A DNA stretch of 61,353 bases, counting the filler. It is 6 parts of 6 records of this genome, joined end to end, with 100 filler letters (N's around TTAATTAATTAA, not from the genome) between each part and the next. Parts side by side here need not be neighbours in the genome. Positions count along the whole stretch, not along the records: positions 1 to 11,159 come from SRR31147125_17072; 5 more parts are not named here. One strand, given 5' to 3'. Under the pieces are notes generated by a model. The model was not told the origin of the DNA and searched no databases. It was given only the letters and a program-made list of their open reading frames with translations. Positions within the stretch are counted from its first letter, which is position 1; each line of letters begins with the position of its first letter. Of the stretch, positions 1 through 9,519 are shown one piece after another. The position numbers and the translations under genes are program-made.

Positions 1-235
1 AGAACTCATTGGGTAAATTGTTGTACAAAAACTGATCGATTTTTAAAACCACTTTAATAAGGATTTTTTCTTCTCTGGTTTCGTTTATAATGGGCACATC
101 TATTTTTTCATTTAACCTTTGAGCCAGATCTCTTACTTCTGCCATGCTCATTTGTTGCCTTTTCTCAGGTTTTTCAAAGTATTGCTCCAGGAGTCCCCTG
201 AATTCATCTTCTGTTAGATTTTTAATTTTTCTCAT
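1..235 (-). CDS. Hypothetical protein, 3' end truncated by the window edge; third gene of the patatin operon
   Basis: Not in the ORF track. Manual translation from the ATG at 235 gives MRKIKNLTEDEFRGLLEQYFEKPEKRQQMSMAEVRDLAQRLNEKIDVPIINETREEKILIKVVLKIDQFLYNNLPNEF, open to position 1. It overlaps the end of the 222..800 ORF. Confidence 0.7.
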   Translation of the reverse strand, partial: MRKIKNLTEDEFRGLLEQYFEKPEKRQQMSMAEVRDLAQRLNEKIDVPIINETREEKILIKVVLKIDQFLYNNLPNEF

Positions 236-800
236 GGTTGATTGATTTTAAATTTACATTATAAAAATTATTGTAATTGAAATTATATTCCTTTGTGATA
301 GGGCATTCACTATAGTTTGTATATACCTTTATTGTCAGTTTATACTCTGATGCATTTATATCAATTTTTTCACTGCATTTGAAATCAATAAACCTATAAT
401 CAGCAGATTTCGGAGGAATAGTAATGACACTTACCATATGTATTGGAGTATTGATAAGATTATGAGCGATATAATCCTTTTTCGATGTATCTCGAATAGG
501 TATTTTATCAATAAACTGCTCCCATAAAGCAGTATCTAAGGAATGAGTATTATCTAGTTTAGATAATATAGCTTCTATTTTCATAATACTTCCTGCACTA
601 TTAGAATGATTAACAAATGAAAAGGGAATGATCATCTGATTAAACTTATTGCCTTGAGCATTTTTATATATTTCAATTTTCTCTCCGGCTTCAAAATCTA
701 ATTCAGGCGATTGAAGGTATGTAAGATAGAAAGTGATACCCGAAATAATAAAAGCAATAATTGCAATTATCAAGCTTATTTGTTCTTTTAAATTTTTCAT
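222..800 (-). CDS. Hypothetical protein with a single N-terminal transmembrane helix
   Basis: 192-aa ORF with hydrophobic LIIAIIAFIISGITFYLTYL; its start overlaps the patatin stop (ATGA). Confidence 0.7.
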   Translation of the reverse strand: MKNLKEQISLIIAIIAFIISGITFYLTYLQSPELDFEAGEKIEIYKNAQGNKFNQMIIPFSFVNHSNSAGSIMKIEAILSKLDNTHSLDTALWEQFIDKIPIRDTSKKDYIAHNLINTPIHMVSVITIPPKSADYRFIDFKCSEKIDINASEYKLTIKVYTNYSECPITKEYNFNYNNFYNVNLKSINHEKN

Positions 801-1822
801 GAGCTAAATTGGATTAGTTTATTCACTATTTCGTCAAGTTCATTGTTTTTATCTTCATTAGAAATATAACTCAACGCATCTTCTTTAAGTTTCTGCATAT
901 TTTCAACTGAAGCATGATCCATTTCAGGATTGGCACTTATAATTCTAGGCTCTATTCTATAATAATTGCTTTTTAATTCATCTTCTAATGTGTCGAAAAT
1001 CTGTTTTAGGTGATAATGCACTGTTTGCGAACTGGCACTCATCATTATTTCAATCAAGGGTTTTACCCATTGTGCCAGGCCCCAGTCCTTTGCACTTTTA
1101 TAAGCGTATTGTTTATTGGTGCTACCGGTACCAATAGAAACGATCATCATATCTTTAGCTGCGGGCTTTTCTATTTCGCCAAAATCCATGGTGCGGGCTT
1201 CGGAATAAGCCACCATTGCAGGATTATTTACAAAAACACCTCCATCAATCAATGGAAAAGGTGATCCGCTTATGTTTTTAACTCGGGCTGTTTCGAAATA
1301 GGTGGGAGCTGCCGAAGTTGCCCGGGCTACATCTTTCACTTTAAAGTTAAAGATATCGTTTGAAGATTTATGTTGTTTGAAAAAATGGGGCTTCCCATTT
1401 CTTATATCATAGGAAGTAATGATACAAGGTTTGAGAAGATCACTCAAATATTTTTCTTCGAAATTATCTTGCAAAGCCTCCTCCAGATTATCGGCCTGGT
1501 ATTTTTCGTCAATAATACCGCCTGCACTGCTTAGTTTTTGCCAAAAACTAATATCAAATATCTCATCGCCTCTATCTAAATACAAATTAACAGCATCCTG
1601 AGCTGTAAACTTTGGTCTCTTTTGATGTCTTGGTACAATATAGGCTAAAGATAAAATACCACCGGTACTGGTTCCAGCAAAGAAATCGAAATAATCAGAT
1701 ATGCGTACATTATCATCTCCTGTTTCTTTTTGGAGTCTTTTTTCTATCTCATTTAATATTATACCTGGTAGAATACCTCTAATTCCACCACCATCAATAG
1801 ATAAAATTCTTACTTTTTTCAT
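797..1822 (-). CDS. Patatin-like phospholipase
   Basis: DGGGIRG oxyanion motif, GTSTG nucleophile elbow, ATSAAPTYF and the DGG catalytic Asp motif. Confidence 0.95.
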   Translation of the reverse strand: MKKVRILSIDGGGIRGILPGIILNEIEKRLQKETGDDNVRISDYFDFFAGTSTGGILSLAYIVPRHQKRPKFTAQDAVNLYLDRGDEIFDISFWQKLSSAGGIIDEKYQADNLEEALQDNFEEKYLSDLLKPCIITSYDIRNGKPHFFKQHKSSNDIFNFKVKDVARATSAAPTYFETARVKNISGSPFPLIDGGVFVNNPAMVAYSEARTMDFGEIEKPAAKDMMIVSIGTGSTNKQYAYKSAKDWGLAQWVKPLIEIMMSASSQTVHYHLKQIFDTLEDELKSNYYRIEPRIISANPEMDHASVENMQKLKEDALSYISNEDKNNELDEIVNKLIQFSS

Positions 1823-2249
1823 TCTGCATATTTTTTAAAATTGAATAATAAATTAACATCCCTAAACTACTCATTACCTAACTGATAACAAAGCATTTGA
1901 GCAAAACACACAAAATGTATGATAGAAGTAAAATTGTGCTGAATAAAAGAAAATATTCTTGTTTGGTTTTTTATCAGAACAAAACTATTTTAAAGCAAAA
2001 AGATGATATTTCGCCCTATTTTCTTCTATTTGATAGAAAAAGTGATATATTTCTAACACCCGCTTCCCTCTATCTCCTAAATGGGAAACTTGAGATAAAA
2101 AACTCCAGAGGAATGGAACGATGCTGTTCGCTACGATAAATGTAGCGATAATGAAAGAATCGTCATTAATCAATACGTCAGCAGCGACATATCTATAGAA
2201 ATAGGTGAATATTTAAAGAGACGCATGATTATGCTAAAGGCAAAGCACA

Positions 2250-2578
2250 CCGTCAAGCGCAGGGCAAACGCATCTAAAATTCAGAAAGTTTAGAAAACCA
2301 AAACAATAAGGAGTCAACTAACTGATAATAAGATTTCTCCCTTTGGTCGGAACGACTGTTTTGTGTTGAAAGAATGAAGAAGAATGGGAATGCTGCAAAG
2401 CAGCATTCCCATTCTTCTTCCAATAATCACTTAATTTGGGTCATTCCGACCAAAGGGAGGAATCTATAAATATGTAATACAAAATTGTATATTAATTATC
2501 AGTTCAATTAGATGAACTCACAGTTCTTATAAGTGTTTAAATATTTATTTTAGACTCTTTTGCCCTAGCGTCAAACGG
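2250..2578. repeat. Nested inverted-repeat (foldback) element containing a pair of GTCA-tagged REP-like repeats
   Basis: Outer imperfect IR 2250-2280 / 2547-2578. REP pair 2331-2356 (agatttctccctttggtcggaacgac) / 2440-2465 (gtcattccgaccaaagggaggaatct). Central perfect 21-bp stem 2376-2396 / 2400-2420 with an AAA loop. Confidence 0.8.
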
Positions 2579-2743
2579 CGATAATGAGTGTAAGGTATTA
2601 GAGTGTTTTTTTGCTTAAAACCTTCTAACCTTAAAAACTTCAATAAAATTTATATTGTCACAATAGATTGGGACACATTAAAAATTATGGGGAGTAAACA
2701 ACATTCAACACAACTATAATATTTGTATAAATATTTTTCCTAA

Positions 2744-2957
2744 TGCACTTTTTCGAAAAAGTGCAGCAAAAGCAGCCGCTGTATCAGAAAGTCTACTCCA
2801 CAAATGGATTTACGGAAAAACAATAAACTCCTCCTTATAGTGACATCCTTTGGAGTGTCACTAACGAGCGTTAAACAGTATTGTTTTTTTCTCCTTCAAT
2901 CCATTTGCTCTGCTTAACGACTTCCTGATAAGGCGGAGTAGACTTCCTGTGGAAGTC
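2744..2957 (+). ncRNA. Structured non-coding element, Flavo-1-like (RNA or ssDNA)
   Basis: 22-bp palindrome tgcactttttcgaaaaagtgca followed by gcaaaa, then nested stems ccgctgtatcagaaagtc/gacttcctgataaggcgg, caaatggatt/aatccatttg, aaaaacaata/tattgttttt, an aaactc...aaacag internal loop and a tagtgaca/tgtcacta terminal stem. The family resemblance is from memory, not from a search. Confidence 0.55.
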
Positions 2958-3066
2958 TTTATAAACTACTGTAGGGAAGAAGATCGTTTTTTTATAACAT
3001 AATTTTCTATTTGAAACTCTATGGCTTTCTCATTTCTCATTTCTTGTTTCGGAGACAGCGGGAAGG

Positions 3067-3311
3067 CCTGTCCAAACAGGGAGACCAGCAAGGCGGTGAA
3101 TATAAAAATGATAGATTTTTCGCTAAGGCGTTTACGTTTTAAAATAATGACAAACGAATTAGCAAAAAAAGGAAGCATATCGAAATTCTGAACACTATTG
3201 GAATTCTCTATAGTCATTATTTTTCTACTTTGCGCTAAAAAATCATCATTTTTATAGAGGAGGGAAGGCGTTTGTTTGGACGAGGTTTTGGTACTTTTGA
3301 CCTAAAAGTAC
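3067..3311 (-). ncRNA. Second long-hairpin non-coding element, convergent with the first
   Basis: On the minus strand it opens with the hairpin gtactttt-aggtc-aaaagtac followed by caaaa. Nested stems: gtccaaaca/tgtttggac, tataaaaatgat/atcatttttata and aaaataatgac/gtcattatttt. Confidence 0.5.
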
Positions 3312-3551
3312 ATTCAAAAAACAGAATATTACGACAAAAGAATTATAATTGCCTAAATGTTCTTGTTTTCTCGTTGGGTAAATAATGACTGAAAAATGGT
3401 CTCTTGTTGAGTTATTCTTTAATCCCCTACATTAGGGCACATTATTAATTATTGTCATACGCTCCCCATAATATTATTGGCAACCCTTTATTTCAGATCT
3501 AATTAAAAAGCTGTATAATTTCCTAACTAATCAGTGTTAGCTTGAATTCTC

Positions 3552-3583
3552 AAATTACCCTGCCATTTATGGCAGGGTAATTT
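3552..3583. repeat. Perfect 15-bp-arm palindrome (REP-like or terminator)
   Basis: aaattaccctgccat-tt-atggcagggtaattt. Confidence 0.6.
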
Positions 3584-3887
3584 TTAATGAACGGCTTTAA
3601 TATAACTGACTGATTATTTCTATTCTAATAACACCGTCCATTATTTAGAAGGCATCTAAATTTTGCTTTTTTCAAATAGTACCGAAACAGCAAAATCAAT
3701 GTTTAAAAATCGATATTAAGTGTTTAAAACACAGTTTTCGTTGTTTCGGTTTTTTCACAAAACTGGCTACATTTTATTGACTGTTAGGTATATAAGAGTA
3801 TATTATATAATTTAGCCATATAGCATTTAAAAACCAACCCAAACTTTTGGGATCATAATAAATTACTAACCCTTAAAAACTAACAAA

Positions 3888-4277
3888 ATGAGTATCAAAT
3901 TTAAAACTCAGGAAAAAGGCCAACCCGGTGTAGTGGGTGGAGGCGACAAAAAGTTTTATGCTACTATAGCATTTAACGAAGAAATAAGTGTAGACGAGCT
4001 CACACAAGAGATTGAAAAATTCAGTGCCTTAAGCGAACCCGATATCAAAGGAGTTATTATCGCTTTAGAAAATGTAATTAGCGCAAAACTGGCAGCAGGC
4101 CATATAGTTAGAATGGATCGTTTAGGCAGTTTCTATCCTGCTATCAGTAGCAGAGGAGAAGAAACAGAGGAAGAAGTAACAAGCCATAGTATTAAAAATA
4201 TTAAGGTGAATTACAGACCCGGAAAACGCATTTTAAGTGCCATGAAAGATGCCGGATTTAAAAAGGTTTCTAATTAA
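3888..4277 (+). CDS. HU/IHF-family DNA-binding protein, Bacteroidota long type
   Basis: KFYA...ELTQEIEKFSALSEPDIKGVIIAL...GHIVRMDRLGSFYP...VNYRPGKRI matches the HU fold with the Bacteroidota N-terminal extension. Confidence 0.9.
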   Translation: MSIKFKTQEKGQPGVVGGGDKKFYATIAFNEEISVDELTQEIEKFSALSEPDIKGVIIALENVISAKLAAGHIVRMDRLGSFYPAISSRGEETEEEVTSHSIKNIKVNYRPGKRILSAMKDAGFKKVSN

Positions 4278-4281
4278 CGTA

Positions 4282-4369
4282 AAAAAGCACAGGTGAAAAT
4301 AACCAAAAGCACCTGTGCTTTTAGGCAAAAGCACGTGTGGTTTTAGACAAAAGCAAGCGTGCTTTTTAG
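4282..4369. repeat. Four tandem 22-bp degenerate palindromic repeats
   Basis: Units start at 4282, 4304, 4326 and 4348; consensus cAAAAGCACnnGTGcTTTTAGn. Confidence 0.85.
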
Positions 4370-4755
4370 AAGCTTGTTCTTTTTTATCAAAATCAACACC
4401 AATTAAAGAAGATTAGCAAGAATGTATTATCAATTATCGAAAACACAGGAAACACAGAAATTAAAAACAATATTAAACTGTTATTATAATGTTTTTGTTG
4501 AGTATTTAATATCTGTTTTTTATTTGGGAAAGAATAAATTCGACCCGAGGTGGGTCATGGCTATTTCCTAGGCAGCCATGACCCTAAATTACTAGCAATT
4601 TCCTCAAGATCGAATATTAATTTATTACCCTTCAAAGATAAATAAAATGCCAATGGCAGAGGTGTATCTCTGATGCAAGGTTTTTATTAAACTACACTAC
4701 CAGCTATTTGCCAATTAGCTTAATAAATAAATTTAAAACGCTTAAAACAGGAATA

Positions 4756-7700
4756 ATGAAAAAAAACATATATTTAATACTATTGCTATCATTTATATAT
4801 TTTAGTAATGGTTTTGCACAAAACTACATTGGGTCATTTCAAATTACCCAAGTAAATAATGAATATTTTTATAATACAGGGAATCAAAGTATTCCAATTG
4901 ATGAAAAGCATATTATTCTTAAATATGTTAGTGGTGCAATAGAGGCCACAATTTCAAATTTTGAGCAATCAAATAATTTAACCTCATATGGTGAATTTGA
5001 TGGGTATTATATTTATAAATTACCCACAGGAATAAGTTATTTGTCATATTGCCAACAACTAGAACAAAACTCAATTGTAAATTACATTGAGGTATCACTT
5101 TTATTTGAATTATATGAGGAGTTTATTCCTGATGATTATGATGAGGATCAATGGTATATTGATGCTTTAAATATAAAGGAAACCTGGAAAATAACAACAG
5201 GAAGTGAAGATGTAGTTGTTGCTGTACTTGATACTGGGTTGGATATTGACGATGAGGAGTTTGCAGAAGACGACACTCCAATTTCAAACATATTTGAAAA
5301 TCCGGGTGAGGATGCTTGGACTGATTATGATGATCCGGAAGATGGTGATGGAGTAGATGGTTCTGATGACAACGAATATATTGATGATTGGAGAGGTATG
5401 GATTTCTTTAATTCAAATTTTTCTGGACAGACCTTTATTGATAACACGATTGATAATGATGTAACACCTCAATACATCTCAGGAGCAAATTATTGTTATG
5501 GATCAAGTGTTAGGGATCATGGGAATTGGGTGGCTGGATTAATTGCTGCAAAAAACAATAATGATAACGAACTAACTAGTTTGGCAGGAGGTGATGTTCA
5601 AGCTGGGAAAGAAGGAGTTAAAGTATTACCTATAAAGATTGGAGATTGGGTTCCTAGCAGTGGTTGCCTTTATTATTATCTACATACACCAGCAGTAATA
5701 TCAGCATTGTATTATGCCCGTGAAATGGAAGTAGATATTATTAATATGTCATTCGGAATTCCATATCCATCAAGCGGTGTAGGGTCAGTATCAAATCAAA
5801 TAAATTTGGCATATGACGAAGGAATTTTACTTGTAGCAGCAGCTGGAAACAACTATATAAATTATGGTGTATCCTATCCGGCTTTTAAGCGAGAAGTAAT
5901 TGCTGTAGGTGCAACAGATGTAGATGAAGAATATGCAGATTTTTCTGATAGAGGGCCAGATTTGGAACTAATGGCGCCTGGTGTTGATATAGATACTTGG
6001 GAAGATTATGGATTAGATGGGACGTCCTTTTCATCACCAATAGTTTGCGCTACAGCAGCATTAGTTAAATCTGTTAACCCCGATTTAACAAACATTCAGA
6101 TTAGGGATCTTTTAAGACAAACCACCTATCAAAACCCAGATTATGATTTTGACGATGATGATAATATTTGGGAAGATCCAAATTGGAATGAATATCTTGG
6201 TTTCGGTAGAGTAGATCCATACGCTGCCGTTTGTGCTGCAATTGATATGATTCCACAAAAAACAGTAACTTCAAATGAAACCTGGGATAGAGATATGTAT
6301 TCGAATCATGATATAAATATTGAATCAGGAGCAACACTTACTTTAACATCCACTTTAAAAATGGATCCGAATACAAAGATTATTGTTAAAAGAGGTGCAA
6401 AACTTATTGTAAATGGTGGAACAATTTCAAATTTACCAAATTGTGAAGGCGACCAACTAAAATGGGATGGCATTGAAGTATGGGGAGACCCAAATAAATC
6501 TCAACAGGCTAGTGGAGGTATTTATGAGCAAGGTTATTTAGAGCTCAATAATGCAACTATTGCAAATGCAAAAAGTGCTGTTGCTTTAAGAAAAGATGGT
6601 ACTTGGTCTTCTTATGGTGGCGGAATTGTTAAAGCATATAATTCAAGTTTTATAAATAATGAAAAGTCTGTATGGTTTGCTCCCTATCAAAACATCGTTA
6701 CAATAGGTACTGAAACTTTTGAAATGGATAATGAAGCTGTATTTAGAGATTGTATTTTTGAAATTAATGAAGAGTATTTCCCTGATTCAGAATTTGGGAA
6801 ACATGCTGATGTGGTTCAGGTAAGAGGAATAGATTTTATTAGCTGTGATTTTAAACGACTAAGTAATGATAATACTTCTGATTATTGTAGCGGGATAGCT
6901 GCTTATAGCGCTGGAATAAGTGTTAGGGATTATAATAATGATCCTTCAACATTCGAAGGTTTTTATTCAGGTATAGTACTAAGCTATAATAGCACAACAA
7001 GCGCATATGCTTCGTTTATTAGAGAATCTGAATTTACAAATAATAGCTTTGGAATTATTTTAAATCCAAACCCCAATATGGTTACTATTAAAGATAATAT
7101 TTTTCATGTTGGATATAACCCCCCTGGAAAAGTAATATGTGGTACATCCCAAGGTTTTGGAATTGACCTAAATAATTCCAACACTTTTGTAATAGAAGAT
7201 AATTATTTTGATAAATATACGCAAGCACCTTCTACAGAAGATTATTTTGGTATTAGAGCAGATAATACGCAGACATCTAATGATGAAATATTTAGAAATA
7301 CTTATAGCGGCTTAGATTTTGCAAATTATGCCATCGATCGAAATTACTATAGTAGTTATCCAACATCTGGACTTGAATATATTTGTAATGATCATTTATT
7401 AAATCAAAATGATTTGTTTTTCACATATTCTATAAGTTCTAATAATACAGGAGTTCAGATAAGCCAAGGGAATCAAAATAGATCAGCTGGGAATACATTT
7501 ACGCAAAACATCACAGGATATAATCTATATAATAATACAGGTTATACAATTGATTATTTTTATAATGTTGCTGAAAATGATGAGATTCCATTTAGCTACA
7601 CATCATCCACTGTTAATCCACATCCCCAAATATTAACTGCAGAATGTGGAAGTGGAATTGATCCAATTGGAAAGACAGCATCTGAAAAACAACAAATGGA

Positions 7701-8823
7701 AACCAATTACAATGCAATAGATTCAGATTATCAAAATGTAAAAACTGTTTTTGAGTCGTTAGAAGATGGAGGTGATACTGAAGGCCTAAAATCGGAAGTA
7801 CAAACAAGCTGGCCGAATGATATGTGGGAGCTAAGACAAGAATTGTTAGGTCTTTCCCCATATTTAACAACTGAAGTTTTAAAAACTGCTGCAGATAAAA
7901 CTGATGTATTACCAGAGTCTGTATTATTTGAGATTCTATCTGCAAATCCGGATGAGCTTAAGAATAAAGACTTAATGCAATATTTGGAAAGCAAAGAGCA
8001 GCCTTTACCAGACTATATGATTTCTATTTTAGAACAAGTATCCCAAGGATTAACTGCTAAATCAGCTTTAATCGGTGATATGGCTCTGTATAAACGAAAT
8101 AAAGATCGAATTGCAAGGCAAATGTTGGTGAGTTTGCATTTTGATGAACAATTTGATCATGAGTCATATAGGCTTTGGCTAAGTAGATTGGGAGGATTAC
8201 ACAATGATAGAAAGTGTATTGCCAGTTTAATAAGTGAAGGCAATATTGAAGATGCACTTGATTTAGCAGAAATTTTACCCGATATTTATGCATTAGAAGG
8301 AGACGATTTGGTAGAATACAATCAATATTTAAATTTGTTAGAGCTTGATATTGCTTTAATTGAAAATAATATGAATCCAACAGAATTGAATGATCAGGAT
8401 ATAAATATGTTAGAGAGCATGGCTGATAGTAAAGGATATCCTGCTGCGCAGGCTCAGGCATTGTTATCTCATTTTTACAATGAGCATTATTGTAATTGTG
8501 CCAACACAGATGTTGATGAAAATAAATCATCAGATGCTATAATTGATCAGAATATGTGGGCAGAGGCAATGGGATTATCAATAACAGCTGATCCAAATCC
8601 GGCTACAAACTGGGTAAATTTTAATTATATAATTCCTATAGGAACAGAAACAGCAAATTTAGTAATTAGAAATAGTGAAGGAAAAGTTGTTTATAATATT
8701 CAATTAAGTGGGGAAACAGGTCAAAAGATTTGGGATACACGCTCAATTAAATCAGGAACTTATATTTATGAGTTTAATTCAGGTGAATTCAAACGAACTG
8801 GTAAAATAGTTATAGTTAAATAA
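4756..8823 (+). CDS. S8 subtilisin-like serine peptidase with C-terminal T9SS sorting domain
   Basis: Signal peptide from MKKNIYLILLL; catalytic triad motifs VAVLDTG, DHGNWVAG and GTSFSSP; oxyanion AAAGN; CTD PNPATNWVNF...SGTYIY...KIVIVK. Confidence 0.92.
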   Translation: MKKNIYLILLLSFIYFSNGFAQNYIGSFQITQVNNEYFYNTGNQSIPIDEKHIILKYVSGAIEATISNFEQSNNLTSYGEFDGYYIYKLPTGISYLSYCQQLEQNSIVNYIEVSLLFELYEEFIPDDYDEDQWYIDALNIKETWKITTGSEDVVVAVLDTGLDIDDEEFAEDDTPISNIFENPGEDAWTDYDDPEDGDGVDGSDDNEYIDDWRGMDFFNSNFSGQTFIDNTIDNDVTPQYISGANYCYGSSVRDHGNWVAGLIAAKNNNDNELTSLAGGDVQAGKEGVKVLPIKIGDWVPSSGCLYYYLHTPAVISALYYAREMEVDIINMSFGIPYPSSGVGSVSNQINLAYDEGILLVAAAGNNYINYGVSYPAFKREVIAVGATDVDEEYADFSDRGPDLELMAPGVDIDTWEDYGLDGTSFSSPIVCATAALVKSVNPDLTNIQIRDLLRQTTYQNPDYDFDDDDNIWEDPNWNEYLGFGRVDPYAAVCAAIDMIPQKTVTSNETWDRDMYSNHDINIESGATLTLTSTLKMDPNTKIIVKRGAKLIVNGGTISNLPNCEGDQLKWDGIEVWGDPNKSQQASGGIYEQGYLELNNATIANAKSAVALRKDGTWSSYGGGIVKAYNSSFINNEKSVWFAPYQNIVTIGTETFEMDNEAVFRDCIFEINEEYFPDSEFGKHADVVQVRGIDFISCDFKRLSNDNTSDYCSGIAAYSAGISVRDYNNDPSTFEGFYSGIVLSYNSTTSAYASFIRESEFTNNSFGIILNPNPNMVTIKDNIFHVGYNPPGKVICGTSQGFGIDLNNSNTFVIEDNYFDKYTQAPSTEDYFGIRADNTQTSNDEIFRNTYSGLDFANYAIDRNYYSSYPTSGLEYICNDHLLNQNDLFFTYSISSNNTGVQISQGNQNRSAGNTFTQNITGYNLYNNTGYTIDYFYNVAENDEIPFSYTSSTVNPHPQILTAECGSGIDPIGKTASEKQQMETNYNAIDSDYQNVKTVFESLEDGGDTEGLKSEVQTSWPNDMWELRQELLGLSPYLTTEVLKTAADKTDVLPESVLFEILSANPDELKNKDLMQYLESKEQPLPDYMISILEQVSQGLTAKSALIGDMALYKRNKDRIARQMLVSLHFDEQFDHESYRLWLSRLGGLHNDRKCIASLISEGNIEDALDLAEILPDIYALEGDDLVEYNQYLNLLELDIALIENNMNPTELNDQDINMLESMADSKGYPAAQAQALLSHFYNEHYCNCANTDVDENKSSDAIIDQNMWAEAMGLSITADPNPATNWVNFNYIIPIGTETANLVIRNSEGKVVYNIQLSGETGQKIWDTRSIKSGTYIYEFNSGEFKRTGKIVIVK

Positions 8824-8832
8824 AAAATCATT

Positions 8833-8862
8833 TAACCCAAAGCTCATTTGAGCTTTGGGTTA
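8833..8862 (+). terminator. Intergenic stem-loop (terminator or mRNA stabiliser)
   Basis: taacccaaagctca-tt-tgagctttgggtta directly after the S8 stop codon. Confidence 0.6.
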
Positions 8863-8879
8863 TAATAAAATATTAGGTT

Positions 8880-9506
8880 ATGAAAAAATTGTATTTTTTT
8901 ATTTTTATCTTTTGCATTAGCAGCATAAGCTTTGGACAAACGTATTTTGTTATTAATCAAATTAGTATTGAACCGGAAAATCCTACAACCGATGACTCAA
9001 TTAATATCCTACTTATTGGAAGTTTGTCAGAAACGGGAGCATATATTGAAGAAGTGGAAGTATTTATTCAAGATAATGATGTTTTTTTAACAATTCATGC
9101 CAATTCAACTGGTGGTTTTCAAATGTTAAATGATCACACCGAAACCATTGAACTTACTCCTTTATCTACTGGAGATTATCAAATCCATATTGAGGGAGAT
9201 TTTATTCTCGATAATGTCTCAGATCCCTTAGAATATTACTTCACAGTGGAAGATGCAACAGGCTTACATGAACAAATAGTTCAAAATATCTTTGAAATAT
9301 TTCCTAATCCTGCATCTGATTATATAAATATTAATTGTCAAAATTGTGATGCTTTTAGTTTTAAAATTATAAATTCTAATGGAGTAGAATTATTGAAGAC
9401 ATCACAGATGAATAAAATAAATATCACTGAACTTAAATCTGGTTTATATTTTTTGGTTTTATATAGCGGAGAAAAACAATTTATTCATTCATTTGTAAAA
9501 CAATAA
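8880..9506 (+). CDS. Secreted protein with T9SS type A sorting domain
   Basis: Signal peptide; CTD IFPNPASDYINI...LKSGLYFL...FVKQ. Confidence 0.88.
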   Translation: MKKLYFFIFIFCISSISFGQTYFVINQISIEPENPTTDDSINILLIGSLSETGAYIEEVEVFIQDNDVFLTIHANSTGGFQMLNDHTETIELTPLSTGDYQIHIEGDFILDNVSDPLEYYFTVEDATGLHEQIVQNIFEIFPNPASDYININCQNCDAFSFKIINSNGVELLKTSQMNKINITELKSGLYFLVLYSGEKQFIHSFVKQ

Positions 9507-9519
9507 AGATCTACCTTAT

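Noticed and set aside
797-1822. CBASS system with a CapV effector
   Set aside because: No CD-NTase or other cap gene is visible; a patatin alone is insufficient.
1897-3217. Short ORFs at 1897, 1985 and 2966
   Set aside because: No recognisable motifs; they lie in a region better explained by non-coding structured elements.
4282-4369. Mini CRISPR array
   Set aside because: The units are contiguous with no unique spacers, and there are no cas genes in the window.
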